Made by a program: the position numbers and the translations under genes
The notes under the pieces: generated by a model
What the model was told of the DNA's origin: nothing
Database searches by the model: none
Seen by the model: only the letters and a program-made list of their open reading frames with translations
In this document: positions 16,790 through 27,295 of the stretch, piece after piece
How the letters are laid out: the number at the start of each line of letters is the position of its first letter
Position numbering within the stretch: position 1 is the stretch's first letter
IMG/VR virus record: IMGVR_UViG_3300007965_000002
Span: 25,862 to 89,861 of that record
Reading direction: 5' to 3' (one strand)
Length of the DNA: 64,000 nt
Origin: a virus
Taxonomy: Duplodnaviria; Caudoviricetes

Positions 16790-17244
16790 GGGGTTCAATA
16801 GTAGACTCTTTAGCAGCATTAATAAAAGCAGGAGTAGATGGTTCTGATTATGCAAACCTTTATGGTAATGTATCAACTAAGAATCTACACTTCGACCAAA
16901 TACCCGACTTCCCATACTGTACTGTCTCCCCTGGCCCTAGTACAATTACTCTAGAAAGTTCTGGAATAAAATGGAAGTATTTAGATGTATATATAAGATT
17001 ATATGTTCGAAGCGAAGAAGATGCTCAAGGCAAATTAGAGCTGCTCATCGCAGATATAGAAAATATAATTGACTCTAATTTACAATTAGAGTATACTATC
17101 ACTAAAGCATCAGGGGATACAATAACAGGTTATACCGCAGACTCTAATATTCGTAGTGTAACTACTGATGAAGGAATTCTCGCCCCATTGGCTTTCGGGG
17201 AAATAACCACACAAATTAGGTATCAAAATATTCAAAGGAGATAA
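16786..17244 (+). CDS. Tail terminator protein (T5 p142-like)
   Basis: SVTTDEGILAP motif; synteny. Confidence 0.8.
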   Translation: MRGSIVDSLAALIKAGVDGSDYANLYGNVSTKNLHFDQIPDFPYCTVSPGPSTITLESSGIKWKYLDVYIRLYVRSEEDAQGKLELLIADIENIIDSNLQLEYTITKASGDTITGYTADSNIRSVTTDEGILAPLAFGEITTQIRYQNIQRR

Positions 17245-17247
17245 TTG

Positions 17248-18462
17248 ATGAGTTCTAATATTCAACTACTTCGTAATGCCAGACTTTGGGTAAGCACAGC
17301 GCCTACTCAAGCAGCTATTACTAAGTTAAACACAAAAGAAATTTTATTACAGGATGACTTATCATTCTCACAAGGTACATCTACAAGTGATGTTAGTTTG
17401 GATGAAGCTGGTTATGCCCCTGCGCGTGGTTCTGCTCGTTTTAACGAGGCTTTAGATCCAGTTGAGTGGAGCTTCTCTACTTATACTCGTGCATTCCAAG
17501 AACTAGATTTAAATGGCGATGGTACTGCTACTGACTCTGGTGTTTTAGCACTAGACTCAATCTTATGGCACTGTCTAGCAGGTTCTGGCCCTTATGATCC
17601 AGCTGACCCTACTAATAGTGTAGCGTCTAATGCAGCTAACATGATAGTTAATTTTGAAGATAACCAAGTACATACTTTAACTACATTTACTATCTATATT
17701 ATGATGGGTTCTGTATGGTATAAAATATCAAACTGTCAAGTAGGTCAAGCCGAAATTAGTTTTGATATATCTGCTATTACAATGGCTGCTTGGAGTGGTT
17801 CTGGTACTAAGTTAGAAACTTTACCTACTCAACCATTTGACCCAGCAAGTACTGATTATAAGTTATCAGATGCTATCTTTAACTCGGCTACTTATATTAA
17901 AAATAAGTTAACAGTTATTAAGTGTAAAGATAATAAAGATAGTGTAGAATATGTTATCCCTATTACTGGTGGTTCTATGACTATTAGCAATAATATTACA
18001 TACTTAACACCATCTACTTTATCTCGTGTAGACCAAGCAATTGGTTCGTTCACAGGTTCTTTTGAAGTTACTGGAAGCTTAACAGCTTATCTACGTAATG
18101 ATACGGGCGCAGGAGATAAGTATACTGCGGAATTACTAGCTAAGATGCAGGGTGATACCTCTACTACTAATAGCTTCGAATTTGCTATCTGTTTAGGTGG
18201 TATCTCTTCTAAAGCTGTTATTGATAATACAAATACAGCTACTCAGTTGAAGAATCCTTTACTTATGGTTCTACTACCAACATGTCACCTATCAACACCT
18301 ACTGTTGAGTCTGGTGATGTAATCGGTACTAGTATTGAATTTAAAGCTATTCCATCATCATTTGGTACTTCTGATTCTATCTATATCGGTATTACTAATG
18401 ATGCTAACGCAGGTTACGTTGCTAACTTCATTGCTAACCAGGATATGAATATACCTGTATAA
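17248..18462 (+). CDS. pb6: Major tail tube protein (pb6-like, apparently without the C-terminal Ig domain)
   Basis: IQLLRNARLWVST, RFNEALDPVEWSFSTY; about 404 aa versus about 464 for T5 pb6. Confidence 0.88.
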   Translation: MSSNIQLLRNARLWVSTAPTQAAITKLNTKEILLQDDLSFSQGTSTSDVSLDEAGYAPARGSARFNEALDPVEWSFSTYTRAFQELDLNGDGTATDSGVLALDSILWHCLAGSGPYDPADPTNSVASNAANMIVNFEDNQVHTLTTFTIYIMMGSVWYKISNCQVGQAEISFDISAITMAAWSGSGTKLETLPTQPFDPASTDYKLSDAIFNSATYIKNKLTVIKCKDNKDSVEYVIPITGGSMTISNNITYLTPSTLSRVDQAIGSFTGSFEVTGSLTAYLRNDTGAGDKYTAELLAKMQGDTSTTNSFEFAICLGGISSKAVIDNTNTATQLKNPLLMVLLPTCHLSTPTVESGDVIGTSIEFKAIPSSFGTSDSIYIGITNDANAGYVANFIANQDMNIPV

Positions 18463-18477
18463 CCTTTAGGAGGTTTA

Positions 18478-19362
18478 ATGAATTTTTCATTTAAACGCAA
18501 CTCCGAACTATACGTGGTTAAAGATGGTATCGGCTACTTACTAAACTCTGTAGCCGATTTTTCTCTAAACCAAACGGTTTCGGAGAAAACTATTAATAGA
18601 AAAAGTCAGTTTGCTAGTATAGCACCCAAGAGTATTATTAATAGGTCTAAGAACTTAGGTTCTGGCTCTATTGAGGTATACTTCAATAGGGAATGTTTAG
18701 CTATTCCAATACTACTAGAAACATTAGACTTTACTACTAATAATAATGCTGAGTATACTTTTGATAATAATTATACGACTAGAGTACAAGGTATTGACAT
18801 AGTACTATTTAATAGGGTATCTAATACATATCATAGAATAATTGATGCAGTAGTAACAAACTTAGACTTTGGTCTATCTGCTAGTGGTATGAGTAGAATG
18901 GTATTTGGTATTGAGTTCTCTGATATACAGAAAACTAATATAGCAGTATTGCAACCAAGTCCTGAACCAGAAATAAGAAGTCCATCGTACATAGACTTTA
19001 AACTAGGTACACAGAATTTTCCAAGTGTTGTTAGTGCAGCATTTACAATTACTAGAAGTATTAATAGACTTAACAAAGGAGCTACTCAGTTTAACTTAGG
19101 CTCTCTTGCTACACCTACTAATCCAGTAGTAACGGGGTACGATATTACTGCAATGGTAACATCTAATATGGGGTTTAATCCACTATTATCTAATAATGGT
19201 TTACCTTTTGATGAAGATGTTCACTTAGGTAATAAAGTATTCTTTATAGATATACCAAACGCAAAGATTACATCGAGAGAAGAACCGTCTGAGGTTTTCA
19301 AGGTATTCTTTGATATTAAACATCAATCTCTTAATTCCATTACCTTAGGAGGGTACAGCTAA
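18478..19362 (+). CDS. Baseplate tube protein (T5 p140-like)
   Basis: NFSFKRNSELY N-terminus, 294 aa, synteny. Confidence 0.75.
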   Translation: MNFSFKRNSELYVVKDGIGYLLNSVADFSLNQTVSEKTINRKSQFASIAPKSIINRSKNLGSGSIEVYFNRECLAIPILLETLDFTTNNNAEYTFDNNYTTRVQGIDIVLFNRVSNTYHRIIDAVVTNLDFGLSASGMSRMVFGIEFSDIQKTNIAVLQPSPEPEIRSPSYIDFKLGTQNFPSVVSAAFTITRSINRLNKGATQFNLGSLATPTNPVVTGYDITAMVTSNMGFNPLLSNNGLPFDEDVHLGNKVFFIDIPNAKITSREEPSEVFKVFFDIKHQSLNSITLGGYS

Positions 19363-19778
19363 TGTCAGCTATTTCAATTAAAAGTATTAAACTAAACACT
19401 AAAACAATCGATTTAAATTTCCCAGAGTATCCTACTTTTGTGGTTCAAATCGGTTACTTATCAACAGAACTAAGCCGTAAGATGTATAAAGAATCTTATG
19501 TAACTAAGTTAGACCCAGAATCTGGCGTACCATTTGAAGAAGTGGATAATAACGTATTCGCAGAGCAATTCTGTAGACACGCTATTAAAGGCTGGTCAGG
19601 TTTAACTTATGAGATTCTTAGTAATCTTATGCTTATTGAGATTCCAGACGATGTTGACCCATCAGTAGAAATTGATTACTCACCAGAGAATGCTCTGGCT
19701 CTATACTTAGAGAGCGTAGCGTTAAATCGCTGGGTAACCACGTCGTGTAAATCTTTAACAAAATTTCGCACTAAGTAA
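19362..19778 (+). CDS. Tail assembly chaperone G (p139-like)
   Basis: IKGWSGLT motif; position. Confidence 0.8.
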   Translation: MSAISIKSIKLNTKTIDLNFPEYPTFVVQIGYLSTELSRKMYKESYVTKLDPESGVPFEEVDNNVFAEQFCRHAIKGWSGLTYEILSNLMLIEIPDDVDPSVEIDYSPENALALYLESVALNRWVTTSCKSLTKFRTK

Positions 19779-19857
19779 TATAGACAAAGTATATACCGAG
19801 TTTAAGAAGTATTTAGATAATACTTCTCTTGGTATTACTAAGGATAAATTCCTAGCT

Positions 19858-20157
19858 ATGCGTACACAATGGATAGAGATAGGCCAACCGCCTCAGCCTA
19901 TGTCAGACTGTCCAGCTGCTTTAGAGGACTTCCCTTCACTAGTTTTAACTAGTTTAGATATATTCTCCAATCTACCGGATATTTATATCCCTAGAATGGA
20001 GGGAACTCCTTATTATCAGGGCAAAGATAAAAGTTGCCTAGACTTATTATTTAGGCTACACTTTATTGACTCCCCTGAAGAGCAACTTATTATTCTCAAC
20101 TTATTAAATATACTAGAAGCTAGAGCTAAAAAGGATATGAACAGGGTTAAGAAGTAG
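19858..20157 (+). CDS. Tail assembly chaperone T segment (p138-like; frame open from 19759)
   Basis: Upstream of TMP; frame open 33 codons before the first ATG. Confidence 0.7.
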   Translation: MRTQWIEIGQPPQPMSDCPAALEDFPSLVLTSLDIFSNLPDIYIPRMEGTPYYQGKDKSCLDLLFRLHFIDSPEEQLIILNLLNILEARAKKDMNRVKK

Positions 20158-20189
20158 TTTTCCTCCAAAAGGCAATTAAGAGAGGGTTT

Positions 20190-20222
20190 AGCCTTGGTGA
20201 TTATATTGCCAAGGCTTTTTTT
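20190..20222 (+). terminator. Terminator-like hairpin before TMP
   Basis: AGCCTTGGTGA-ttata-TTGCCAAGGCT plus T7. Confidence 0.7.
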
Positions 20223-20235
20223 ATAAGGAAAAAAC

Positions 20236-23200
20236 ATGGCTAATAAATTAATCGAAGAGCTAATTATTAACGTTAAACAGAAAGGTCTAACTACTGTCAC
20301 TAATAATGTTAAGAAGCTCCAAGATAATATGGTAAATGCTGCTGCTGGTGCTGAACTATTAGACAGTTCCCTTAAACCTATCCCAGAATCTTTAAAACAA
20401 ATTCTAGCCGAGGCTAAACAAGTTGATCAGATAATAGGTAACTTAGGTATGGGGGCAGGTACTGATAGACTAGAAGCAGTTCTGCAAGAAATTGAAGATA
20501 GTATGCTAGAACTAGTGGGTTCATCTGTTAAAATGAATGAAACCTTAGAGCAAGGCTTTAAAAGTATGTCATCTAATAGTGCTAATGAAATTCATGATTT
20601 AATAGTACAGTTAGAGAGATTAGAAGATACTACTGAGAACGTAGGTAGACGTAATACACTTCAAACTCAATTAAATGAAAAACTAGCTGCATCACAAGAA
20701 CGAGTAAATAGAGGCCTAGGGCGTACTAATGCTCAAGGTAGGGGGCAGGCGAGAAACTTTGCTAATATAGCTAGAGTAGCTGGACCACTACCAGGTCTAT
20801 ATGCTGTTATAGCTGCTAACGTATTTACTTTATCTGAGGCTTTCCGTGTAATGACAGAGGGAGATCAGTTAAATAGGTTAGAAAAAGTTGGTACTATACT
20901 AGGGGCACAAGTTGGTGTTCCTATACAAAGTATTGCTCGTGATATGGAAGAAGCAACAGGTTATACTATTAGTTATGAGCAGGCACTAAGACAAGCTACA
21001 TCTGCTGCCACATATGGGTTTGGTGCAGAACAAATTACTGATATGACCATAGCTGCTCGTAGAGCCTCAGTTGCTCTAGGTGTAGATATGACAGATGCGC
21101 TAAACCGTATTATACGTGGTGTGTCTAAGTTAGAGATTGAATTATTAGATGAATTAGGTATTACAGTTAGGTTGACAGAAGCCTATGATACGTATGCACG
21201 TAGTATCGGTAAGACAGCAGATTCTTTATCTGGTTATCAAAAACAACAGGCATACTTAAACGCTGTTCTTAAAGAATCTGAAGCAAGACAGTCTGCAGTA
21301 GACCCCCTTACCCAAGCTACTGGTTGGGAAAGATTAGGTGCTTCACTATCTGGAGCAACTACTAGAGGTAAACAGTGGATTTCAGGATTCCTAGAACCAG
21401 CGGCTGCAGCAGCTGCTAATATATTTAGTGAAGATAATCTTACTAAAGGTCAAAAAGTTATAGAAGCTAATCTTGAAACTCTTAAGAAGTCTATTGAGGC
21501 AGGGGATAAAGGTAGTGTATATAGTATGTTAACTGGAGATGCTAAAGCGCAAGCACAGTATAAAAAGTTAAATGCTGATATGTTAAACCTACAATATCAA
21601 GCTGAACTTATGAGAGATACTTTAGCGGCAACACCAGATAACTTAGGGAAGAATTTAATTTATAGACAGATTAGTGGTATAGAGTCAGCTATTGATGCAG
21701 TAACTGCTAAGATGAGAGTGTATAATGAGGCCCTTGAGTCAGGTAAGACGTATTTGAATAAGCACTCAGATGCACAAATAGAAGCAGGTAATGAGGCGTA
21801 TAAAGAAGCTGCATCTATTGCTAAAAGTGCAGAAGAATATACAAAGATTACTTCAGCAGTAAAGGGGGTAGCTAAACCTTATGAAGTACTACAAAATAAT
21901 TTAACTAGTGTAAGTGAGGGGTTAGCTAACTTTATAGCTATTGGTGGTACGGCTGAGGAGTTCTATAAGGAAATTAAAATCTCCAAGGAGACTATAGATG
22001 GTTATACTAACCTACAGGCTGCAATGGAGAAAGTAGCAGTTGCTACTGCCACACTTGGGGCATCACAAGCAGCTATTACTTGGTCTGATGCACAGAAAGG
22101 GGTTGCTACAGAAACTACTGCACTTAAGTTACAACAACAAAGTATTAATCTTCTAACTAAAGAGATAGCACTAGCTAAGCAAGCTTCTGCAACTAAATCA
22201 GAGGGTTCAATATTAGAACTAGAAGCTCAGCGTAATACTTTAATAAGTGAGCGTGGTTTCTTATTACAAGCAGAGGCTAGAGCACTATTAGATGCATCTC
22301 AGTCTACTAGAGAACTATCATTATTACAGGCTACATATATTGATCAAGTAGCTAATGCTTCATCTGAGTATGTTAGACAGAAAGCTATAACAACTCAACA
22401 GTTGATATTCCAACAGGAACAACTAGATTTAGCAGTAGCACAGAATAAACCACTAGCTGAGCGAGCTGCTCTTGAGATGCAGATACTACAAACTAAACAG
22501 AAGAGTACGGACTTAGATAAAGCTGAGTTAACTAACAAGTTTGGTAAAGAGACAGATGCATTAAATCAAGGTAACTCTACTGGTAATGCTGGGCCTATTA
22601 GTGACCTAACTAAGCAGGTACAGCTAGCAGAGCAACAAACTGCTATTGCACAAGCTAAAGGAGCTGAGTTCCATGATCAATACTTAGAGCGTTTAAGTAA
22701 TGAACTAGCATTAAAAGTCCAATTACAGCAGATGGAATTAAGTAGGGAGGCTACATTACAAAACCTATTTATGTCTAGAATAGGTATGCAGTCTACTATA
22801 GCTATGAATATGGAAGAAGAGTTGGCCTACCAAAACCAAATTGGGGCATCAATATACGAATCATCTAGAGCTGTATTAGATGGTTTTGACCCAGCTATGG
22901 GATCTATGTTCGATGGCCTAGAGAAGTTTACTTACGCATTGAAAAATATGGGTAATACTTCAGAGGGGGTTTGGAATGGTGTTAGCTCAGGTATCCAAGC
23001 TGCTGCTGGTGTTATGTCATTTATGTCAGACCAAGCTATTCAGGATATTGATAAGCAAATAGAGGCAGAAAAGAAAAAGGATGGTAAATCTGCTGAGTCT
23101 AAGAAAAAGATAGCACAACTAGAAGCTAAGCGTAAAAATGAAGAAATGAAAGCCAAAAGAATCAGTATTGTTTCAAGTACTGCTGCTGGTATCATGCAAT

Positions 23201-23703
23201 CATTTGCTCAGTTAGGTCCATGGGGCGCAGTACCTGCTGCTATGATTGCAGCTATGGGTGCTATGCAGCTATCTTCACTTGATTCTGGAACCGTTGCTGA
23301 CCCTTCAGGGGCTGGTAATATAGGTAAACTAGAGTTAGGTAGTAGAGATAACGTTGTTAACCTAGATAAAGGAGCTACAAGTGGAGAACTAAACTATGTT
23401 CGCGGTAATAGCGGTGTTGGTGGAATTCAAGACTTTGTACCTAGAGCACGTGGTAATAACATGAGTCCTAACGTTTCTTATGCTACTGGTGAACATGGCA
23501 TAGAGGTTGTATCTTCTGATAGTTCTAGAACTAGTGTTACTTCTGCTGAGAATGTAGATGGAACTTCTTCAGGAAGAAAAGGTATAGGTATGGCACTTAC
23601 TATTAATGCACTTGACTCTCAGTCTGTTATAGATAGAGCTGCTGAAATCTTTGCTGCTGTAGAGGCAGAAGCAAACTCTAGGGGTTATACTTTAGAGAGA
23701 TAA
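20236..23703 (+). CDS. pb2: Tape measure protein (pb2-like)
   Basis: 1155 aa helical Ala/Gln-rich, C-terminal hydrophobic segment; synteny. Confidence 0.92.
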   Translation: MANKLIEELIINVKQKGLTTVTNNVKKLQDNMVNAAAGAELLDSSLKPIPESLKQILAEAKQVDQIIGNLGMGAGTDRLEAVLQEIEDSMLELVGSSVKMNETLEQGFKSMSSNSANEIHDLIVQLERLEDTTENVGRRNTLQTQLNEKLAASQERVNRGLGRTNAQGRGQARNFANIARVAGPLPGLYAVIAANVFTLSEAFRVMTEGDQLNRLEKVGTILGAQVGVPIQSIARDMEEATGYTISYEQALRQATSAATYGFGAEQITDMTIAARRASVALGVDMTDALNRIIRGVSKLEIELLDELGITVRLTEAYDTYARSIGKTADSLSGYQKQQAYLNAVLKESEARQSAVDPLTQATGWERLGASLSGATTRGKQWISGFLEPAAAAAANIFSEDNLTKGQKVIEANLETLKKSIEAGDKGSVYSMLTGDAKAQAQYKKLNADMLNLQYQAELMRDTLAATPDNLGKNLIYRQISGIESAIDAVTAKMRVYNEALESGKTYLNKHSDAQIEAGNEAYKEAASIAKSAEEYTKITSAVKGVAKPYEVLQNNLTSVSEGLANFIAIGGTAEEFYKEIKISKETIDGYTNLQAAMEKVAVATATLGASQAAITWSDAQKGVATETTALKLQQQSINLLTKEIALAKQASATKSEGSILELEAQRNTLISERGFLLQAEARALLDASQSTRELSLLQATYIDQVANASSEYVRQKAITTQQLIFQQEQLDLAVAQNKPLAERAALEMQILQTKQKSTDLDKAELTNKFGKETDALNQGNSTGNAGPISDLTKQVQLAEQQTAIAQAKGAEFHDQYLERLSNELALKVQLQQMELSREATLQNLFMSRIGMQSTIAMNMEEELAYQNQIGASIYESSRAVLDGFDPAMGSMFDGLEKFTYALKNMGNTSEGVWNGVSSGIQAAAGVMSFMSDQAIQDIDKQIEAEKKKDGKSAESKKKIAQLEAKRKNEEMKAKRISIVSSTAAGIMQSFAQLGPWGAVPAAMIAAMGAMQLSSLDSGTVADPSGAGNIGKLELGSRDNVVNLDKGATSGELNYVRGNSGVGGIQDFVPRARGNNMSPNVSYATGEHGIEVVSSDSSRTSVTSAENVDGTSSGRKGIGMALTINALDSQSVIDRAAEIFAAVEAEANSRGYTLER

Positions 23704-23717
23704 CTAGTAATCATAAT

Positions 23718-23744
23718 GGGACAGTCAATTGGCTGTCCCTTTTT
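23718..23744 (+). terminator. Terminator after TMP
   Basis: GGGACAGTC-aatt-GGCTGTCCC plus T5; new promoter TTTACA-17-TATAAC at 23775-23803. Confidence 0.85.
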
Positions 23745-23838
23745 ATTTTAATAAATTTAGATTAAAAACTTTACTTTACAAATCTTTTATAGTATGATAT
23801 AACACATATAGTTTAATAAACATCATTGAGGAACTAAA

Positions 23839-24465
23839 ATGACAACTTTACGATTACCAGATCCACTTACTAACCCTAATGCACCTGGGTTCACAGATGT
23901 ACGTCTGATTGATAATTACCCAATCTATAGGGATAGACTAGCCGGAGGTAGCGTAGTTACTTTAGCTAGCGGTGCACAATATTGGAGTATATCCCTAACT
24001 TACTCTGAGTTATTCCCTGAAGAGCAATACATTTTAAGTACTTCCTTACTAAACTGCAAACATAAGGGTCAACCTTTAATGGTTTTACTACCACAGTATG
24101 AGAATTTCCATACAATAGGAGATCCTAGTAGTATCACAATTGCAGCAGGACAACAAGGTAATAACCTTACTATGCAGAATTACAATCTAACTGGGGCACC
24201 AAAAGCTGGTGACCTATTTCAGTTAACTAACCATAGTAGCAAGGTATATAAGATAACTAATGTAGTATTAGTAGGTACTATACTAACACTAGAAGTTTAT
24301 CCTAATTTACGAGTACCTACTACAGGTAATGAAAAGCCTGTATTTAATGGTATACTATTTCAAACAGTACTAGCTAAACCAGAAGCAGTAGAATCTACCT
24401 TTACTTCAGATAGACATTACTCTGGGTTTACTCTAGAACTAGAGGAGCATGTAACAAATGGCTAA
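23839..24465 (+). CDS. pb9: Distal tail protein (pb9)
   Basis: LRLPDPLTNPNAPGF, QYWSISLTY, GDLFQ. Confidence 0.88.
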   Translation: MTTLRLPDPLTNPNAPGFTDVRLIDNYPIYRDRLAGGSVVTLASGAQYWSISLTYSELFPEEQYILSTSLLNCKHKGQPLMVLLPQYENFHTIGDPSSITIAAGQQGNNLTMQNYNLTGAPKAGDLFQLTNHSSKVYKITNVVLVGTILTLEVYPNLRVPTTGNEKPVFNGILFQTVLAKPEAVESTFTSDRHYSGFTLELEEHVTNG

Positions 24466-27295
24466 TATTAACTTATTAAAAGATAGGTTGCATACTCTAC
24501 GTGCAGCCTTAATAAGACTAGAAGATCCTAATAGTACTGAGATAGCACCTATCTATAAGTACTATACTGACTTCGGTAGAGATTTAACATATAATGGTGT
24601 AGTATACCAATCTAACGTAGTTAAAGAAGTAAAAACTATCAAGTTTACGAAACAACTAACTGCACATAAGACTAAAATATCCTTTACAGGGTTAGATCAA
24701 GAACAGCTTAGTTTAGCTATTGATTCTTCTTCTTCCTTTCTAAATAAGTCTTTACGTATATCTCATGTATTCTTTGACTCTGTAACTGAAGAACCTATTG
24801 GTGAAGAAGTTATCCTTATGGAGGGTATTATTACCGGAGCTTCTGTTGATGATAAACGTGGTTCTGGGGTAGGTAGTTCTACTATTGAATGGGAATGTGC
24901 TAACCACTTCCAAGATTTCCAACAAGTAACTGGTCGTATTACAGATGATTACGCCCATAGAGGTATGGTAGTAGAGAATGGTGTATGGGTTCCCTCTGTA
25001 GCAACTAAGAAACCAGAGTATGCCTTTGATAAAGGATTCTTCCACGCGAATAAAAGTACAACATTCCTAGCGCAATACCAGACTGAAGAAACTAAGTATA
25101 AGCTTAATAAAAAGTCTAGCTGGTTTGGTTTGTCTAAAAGCTATTCTATGCAAGAGTATACTGAAGTAGTAACTAAAGAGGTTGATTTACGCTTTGATTT
25201 AAGTGCTAAATTTATCCCTGTTATATATGGTACTCAAAAAGTACAAGGTATACCTATCTTTGCTGATACAGATAGAAATGATCCATCTCAGGTGTGGATT
25301 GTATATGCATTCTGTGAGGGAGAGATTGAGGGGTTCTTAGACTTCTACTTAGATGATGCACCAATTATATGCTTTAGTGAGGCTGACTCAGGTGGTAGAG
25401 TATGTTTTGGTAGAAAAGAAGTAAATGGTGATACTATTAATTTAGTAGCTGGCTCTCCAGGAGCTACTTCTCCAGTTAGTGTACATGGTCAAGAATATAT
25501 TATTGACGATGGGCAAGGGGAAGTGTCTATACGAACTTTTCATGGTTTAGCTAATCAATTAGCTTCTTCTACTATGGTAACAAAAGCAACTAATGGGGAA
25601 TTCTATCTTCAAGGATTAAATAACCAAGGCCCAGAGTATTGGGACTCTAGCTTTAAACTACTAGATACAGCTTATGTTATTTGTAGATATAGTTTAAGTG
25701 ACTTAGAGGGTGGTAGAACATCTATACCTAAGCTAGAAGCAGAACTACGTGGAAAGATTATTAGTACATACTCAGCAGGGTTTGAGCAGACTCAAACTAC
25801 TACTAGTAATAACATGGCTTGGCAACTACTTGACTACATTAAATCACCTGTATATGGGCTTACATTACCCATAAGTCAGTTTGATATACAGTCATTCGAA
25901 GATGTTGCTAATAAGTTTGAGCTTATTGATGATTCCTATGAAGCATCTTGGGTTCCTTATTGGAGATATTTAGGTTGGACAGATTCTATTGATAGCCAAC
26001 GTACAACTATGCAGACTAATATGGTTATTCAGACCGAAGATACTGTATTTAAAAATATTCAATCTATGCTTAACCAAACCCAATGTTCTTTAAATAAGTT
26101 TGGTGGTAGATACTTCTTAAAGGTAGAAAGTGATGACCATGCTGTAATATCTATTGACTTAGATGATAATAGTATAGATGATATTACTGTTAAGGATATG
26201 ACTGGAACTAAGAAGTATAATACTGTTTCTGCATCTATACTAGATCCTGCTAAAGGATGGGCTACTAATACTATTACATTCTATGATGGGGTATATAAGA
26301 CTGAGGATAGAGGTGTTGAGAAGAAGTTAAATATATCTTTCCCATTTGTTACTAACTACTATACAGCTAGATCGATTGTAGATAGAGAGTTAAAGAAGTC
26401 TAGATTCTCTAGATCTATTAGCTTTACTTTACCATATTACTACTTAGGCAGCCTATCTCCAAATGATAATATTAATATTACATATAAGAGATTCTCTTGG
26501 ATTAATAAACGTTTCATTGTAGATTCCCTAGATATACTTAGTAATGGTAAGATACAAGTAACAGTTATGGAGTTTCCACCTGATGTATTTATTAACTCTG
26601 GACAGGCACAAGTAGGGGATAATGAGGGAGTAGTACATACACCTGCTACACTCCCTGTTAGAGATTTAACCTATACACCTAATACTACAGAATCTATTGC
26701 TAATTTAAATGGTATAGTATCTTGGCTTCCTAGTTTAAGCACAGATATATCGCACTATACAGTATTCTATGATGGTGCTCCCCAGCTTATAATAGTAGCT
26801 AAACCTACTACAGGTACACAGACTACTAGAGTTGAGTATCCAGTTGTTGACTTACCTATCGGTTCCTATACATTTACAGTTAAGGCCGTAAATCTAGCAG
26901 GTAAATTTAGTGCACCTACTAGTATTCAGGTTAATGTAACACCAACTAAATATCTTCCAGATGTTACTAACTTTGTAGTAAATAATCTGGAACCTGGGCA
27001 CACTAATAGGTTTATACAAAACTATGTTCATTTACAATGGGATAGTATCCAAAGTTCGCTTCCCTCTATAATATATAGGTTGCAAATTTTAGATATTAAT
27101 GATACTATATTACGAGAAATAGAGATAGCAGATTCCGGCACAGCAACAGGTACTTTTACCTATACCTTCACACAAAATATTGAAGACTATACCCGTACTA
27201 TAGGGTCACTAGGAGCTAATAGACAGTTGAAGTTTAAAATACGAGCTGAAAGTGGAGGTACTGCCGCATCATATAATTGGAGTACAATAAATTGA
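24458..27295 (+). CDS. pb3: Baseplate hub protein (pb3-like, with FnIII domains)
   Basis: 945 aa, GRITDDYAHRG, IPVIYGTQKV, C-terminal FnIII repeats. Confidence 0.9.
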   Translation: MANINLLKDRLHTLRAALIRLEDPNSTEIAPIYKYYTDFGRDLTYNGVVYQSNVVKEVKTIKFTKQLTAHKTKISFTGLDQEQLSLAIDSSSSFLNKSLRISHVFFDSVTEEPIGEEVILMEGIITGASVDDKRGSGVGSSTIEWECANHFQDFQQVTGRITDDYAHRGMVVENGVWVPSVATKKPEYAFDKGFFHANKSTTFLAQYQTEETKYKLNKKSSWFGLSKSYSMQEYTEVVTKEVDLRFDLSAKFIPVIYGTQKVQGIPIFADTDRNDPSQVWIVYAFCEGEIEGFLDFYLDDAPIICFSEADSGGRVCFGRKEVNGDTINLVAGSPGATSPVSVHGQEYIIDDGQGEVSIRTFHGLANQLASSTMVTKATNGEFYLQGLNNQGPEYWDSSFKLLDTAYVICRYSLSDLEGGRTSIPKLEAELRGKIISTYSAGFEQTQTTTSNNMAWQLLDYIKSPVYGLTLPISQFDIQSFEDVANKFELIDDSYEASWVPYWRYLGWTDSIDSQRTTMQTNMVIQTEDTVFKNIQSMLNQTQCSLNKFGGRYFLKVESDDHAVISIDLDDNSIDDITVKDMTGTKKYNTVSASILDPAKGWATNTITFYDGVYKTEDRGVEKKLNISFPFVTNYYTARSIVDRELKKSRFSRSISFTLPYYYLGSLSPNDNINITYKRFSWINKRFIVDSLDILSNGKIQVTVMEFPPDVFINSGQAQVGDNEGVVHTPATLPVRDLTYTPNTTESIANLNGIVSWLPSLSTDISHYTVFYDGAPQLIIVAKPTTGTQTTRVEYPVVDLPIGSYTFTVKAVNLAGKFSAPTSIQVNVTPTKYLPDVTNFVVNNLEPGHTNRFIQNYVHLQWDSIQSSLPSIIYRLQILDINDTILREIEIADSGTATGTFTYTFTQNIEDYTRTIGSLGANRQLKFKIRAESGGTAASYNWSTIN

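Noticed and set aside
19760-19774. Canonical -1 G/T frameshift
   Set aside because: The AAATTTC heptamer is not phased for the G frame, and the -1 frame stops at 19772
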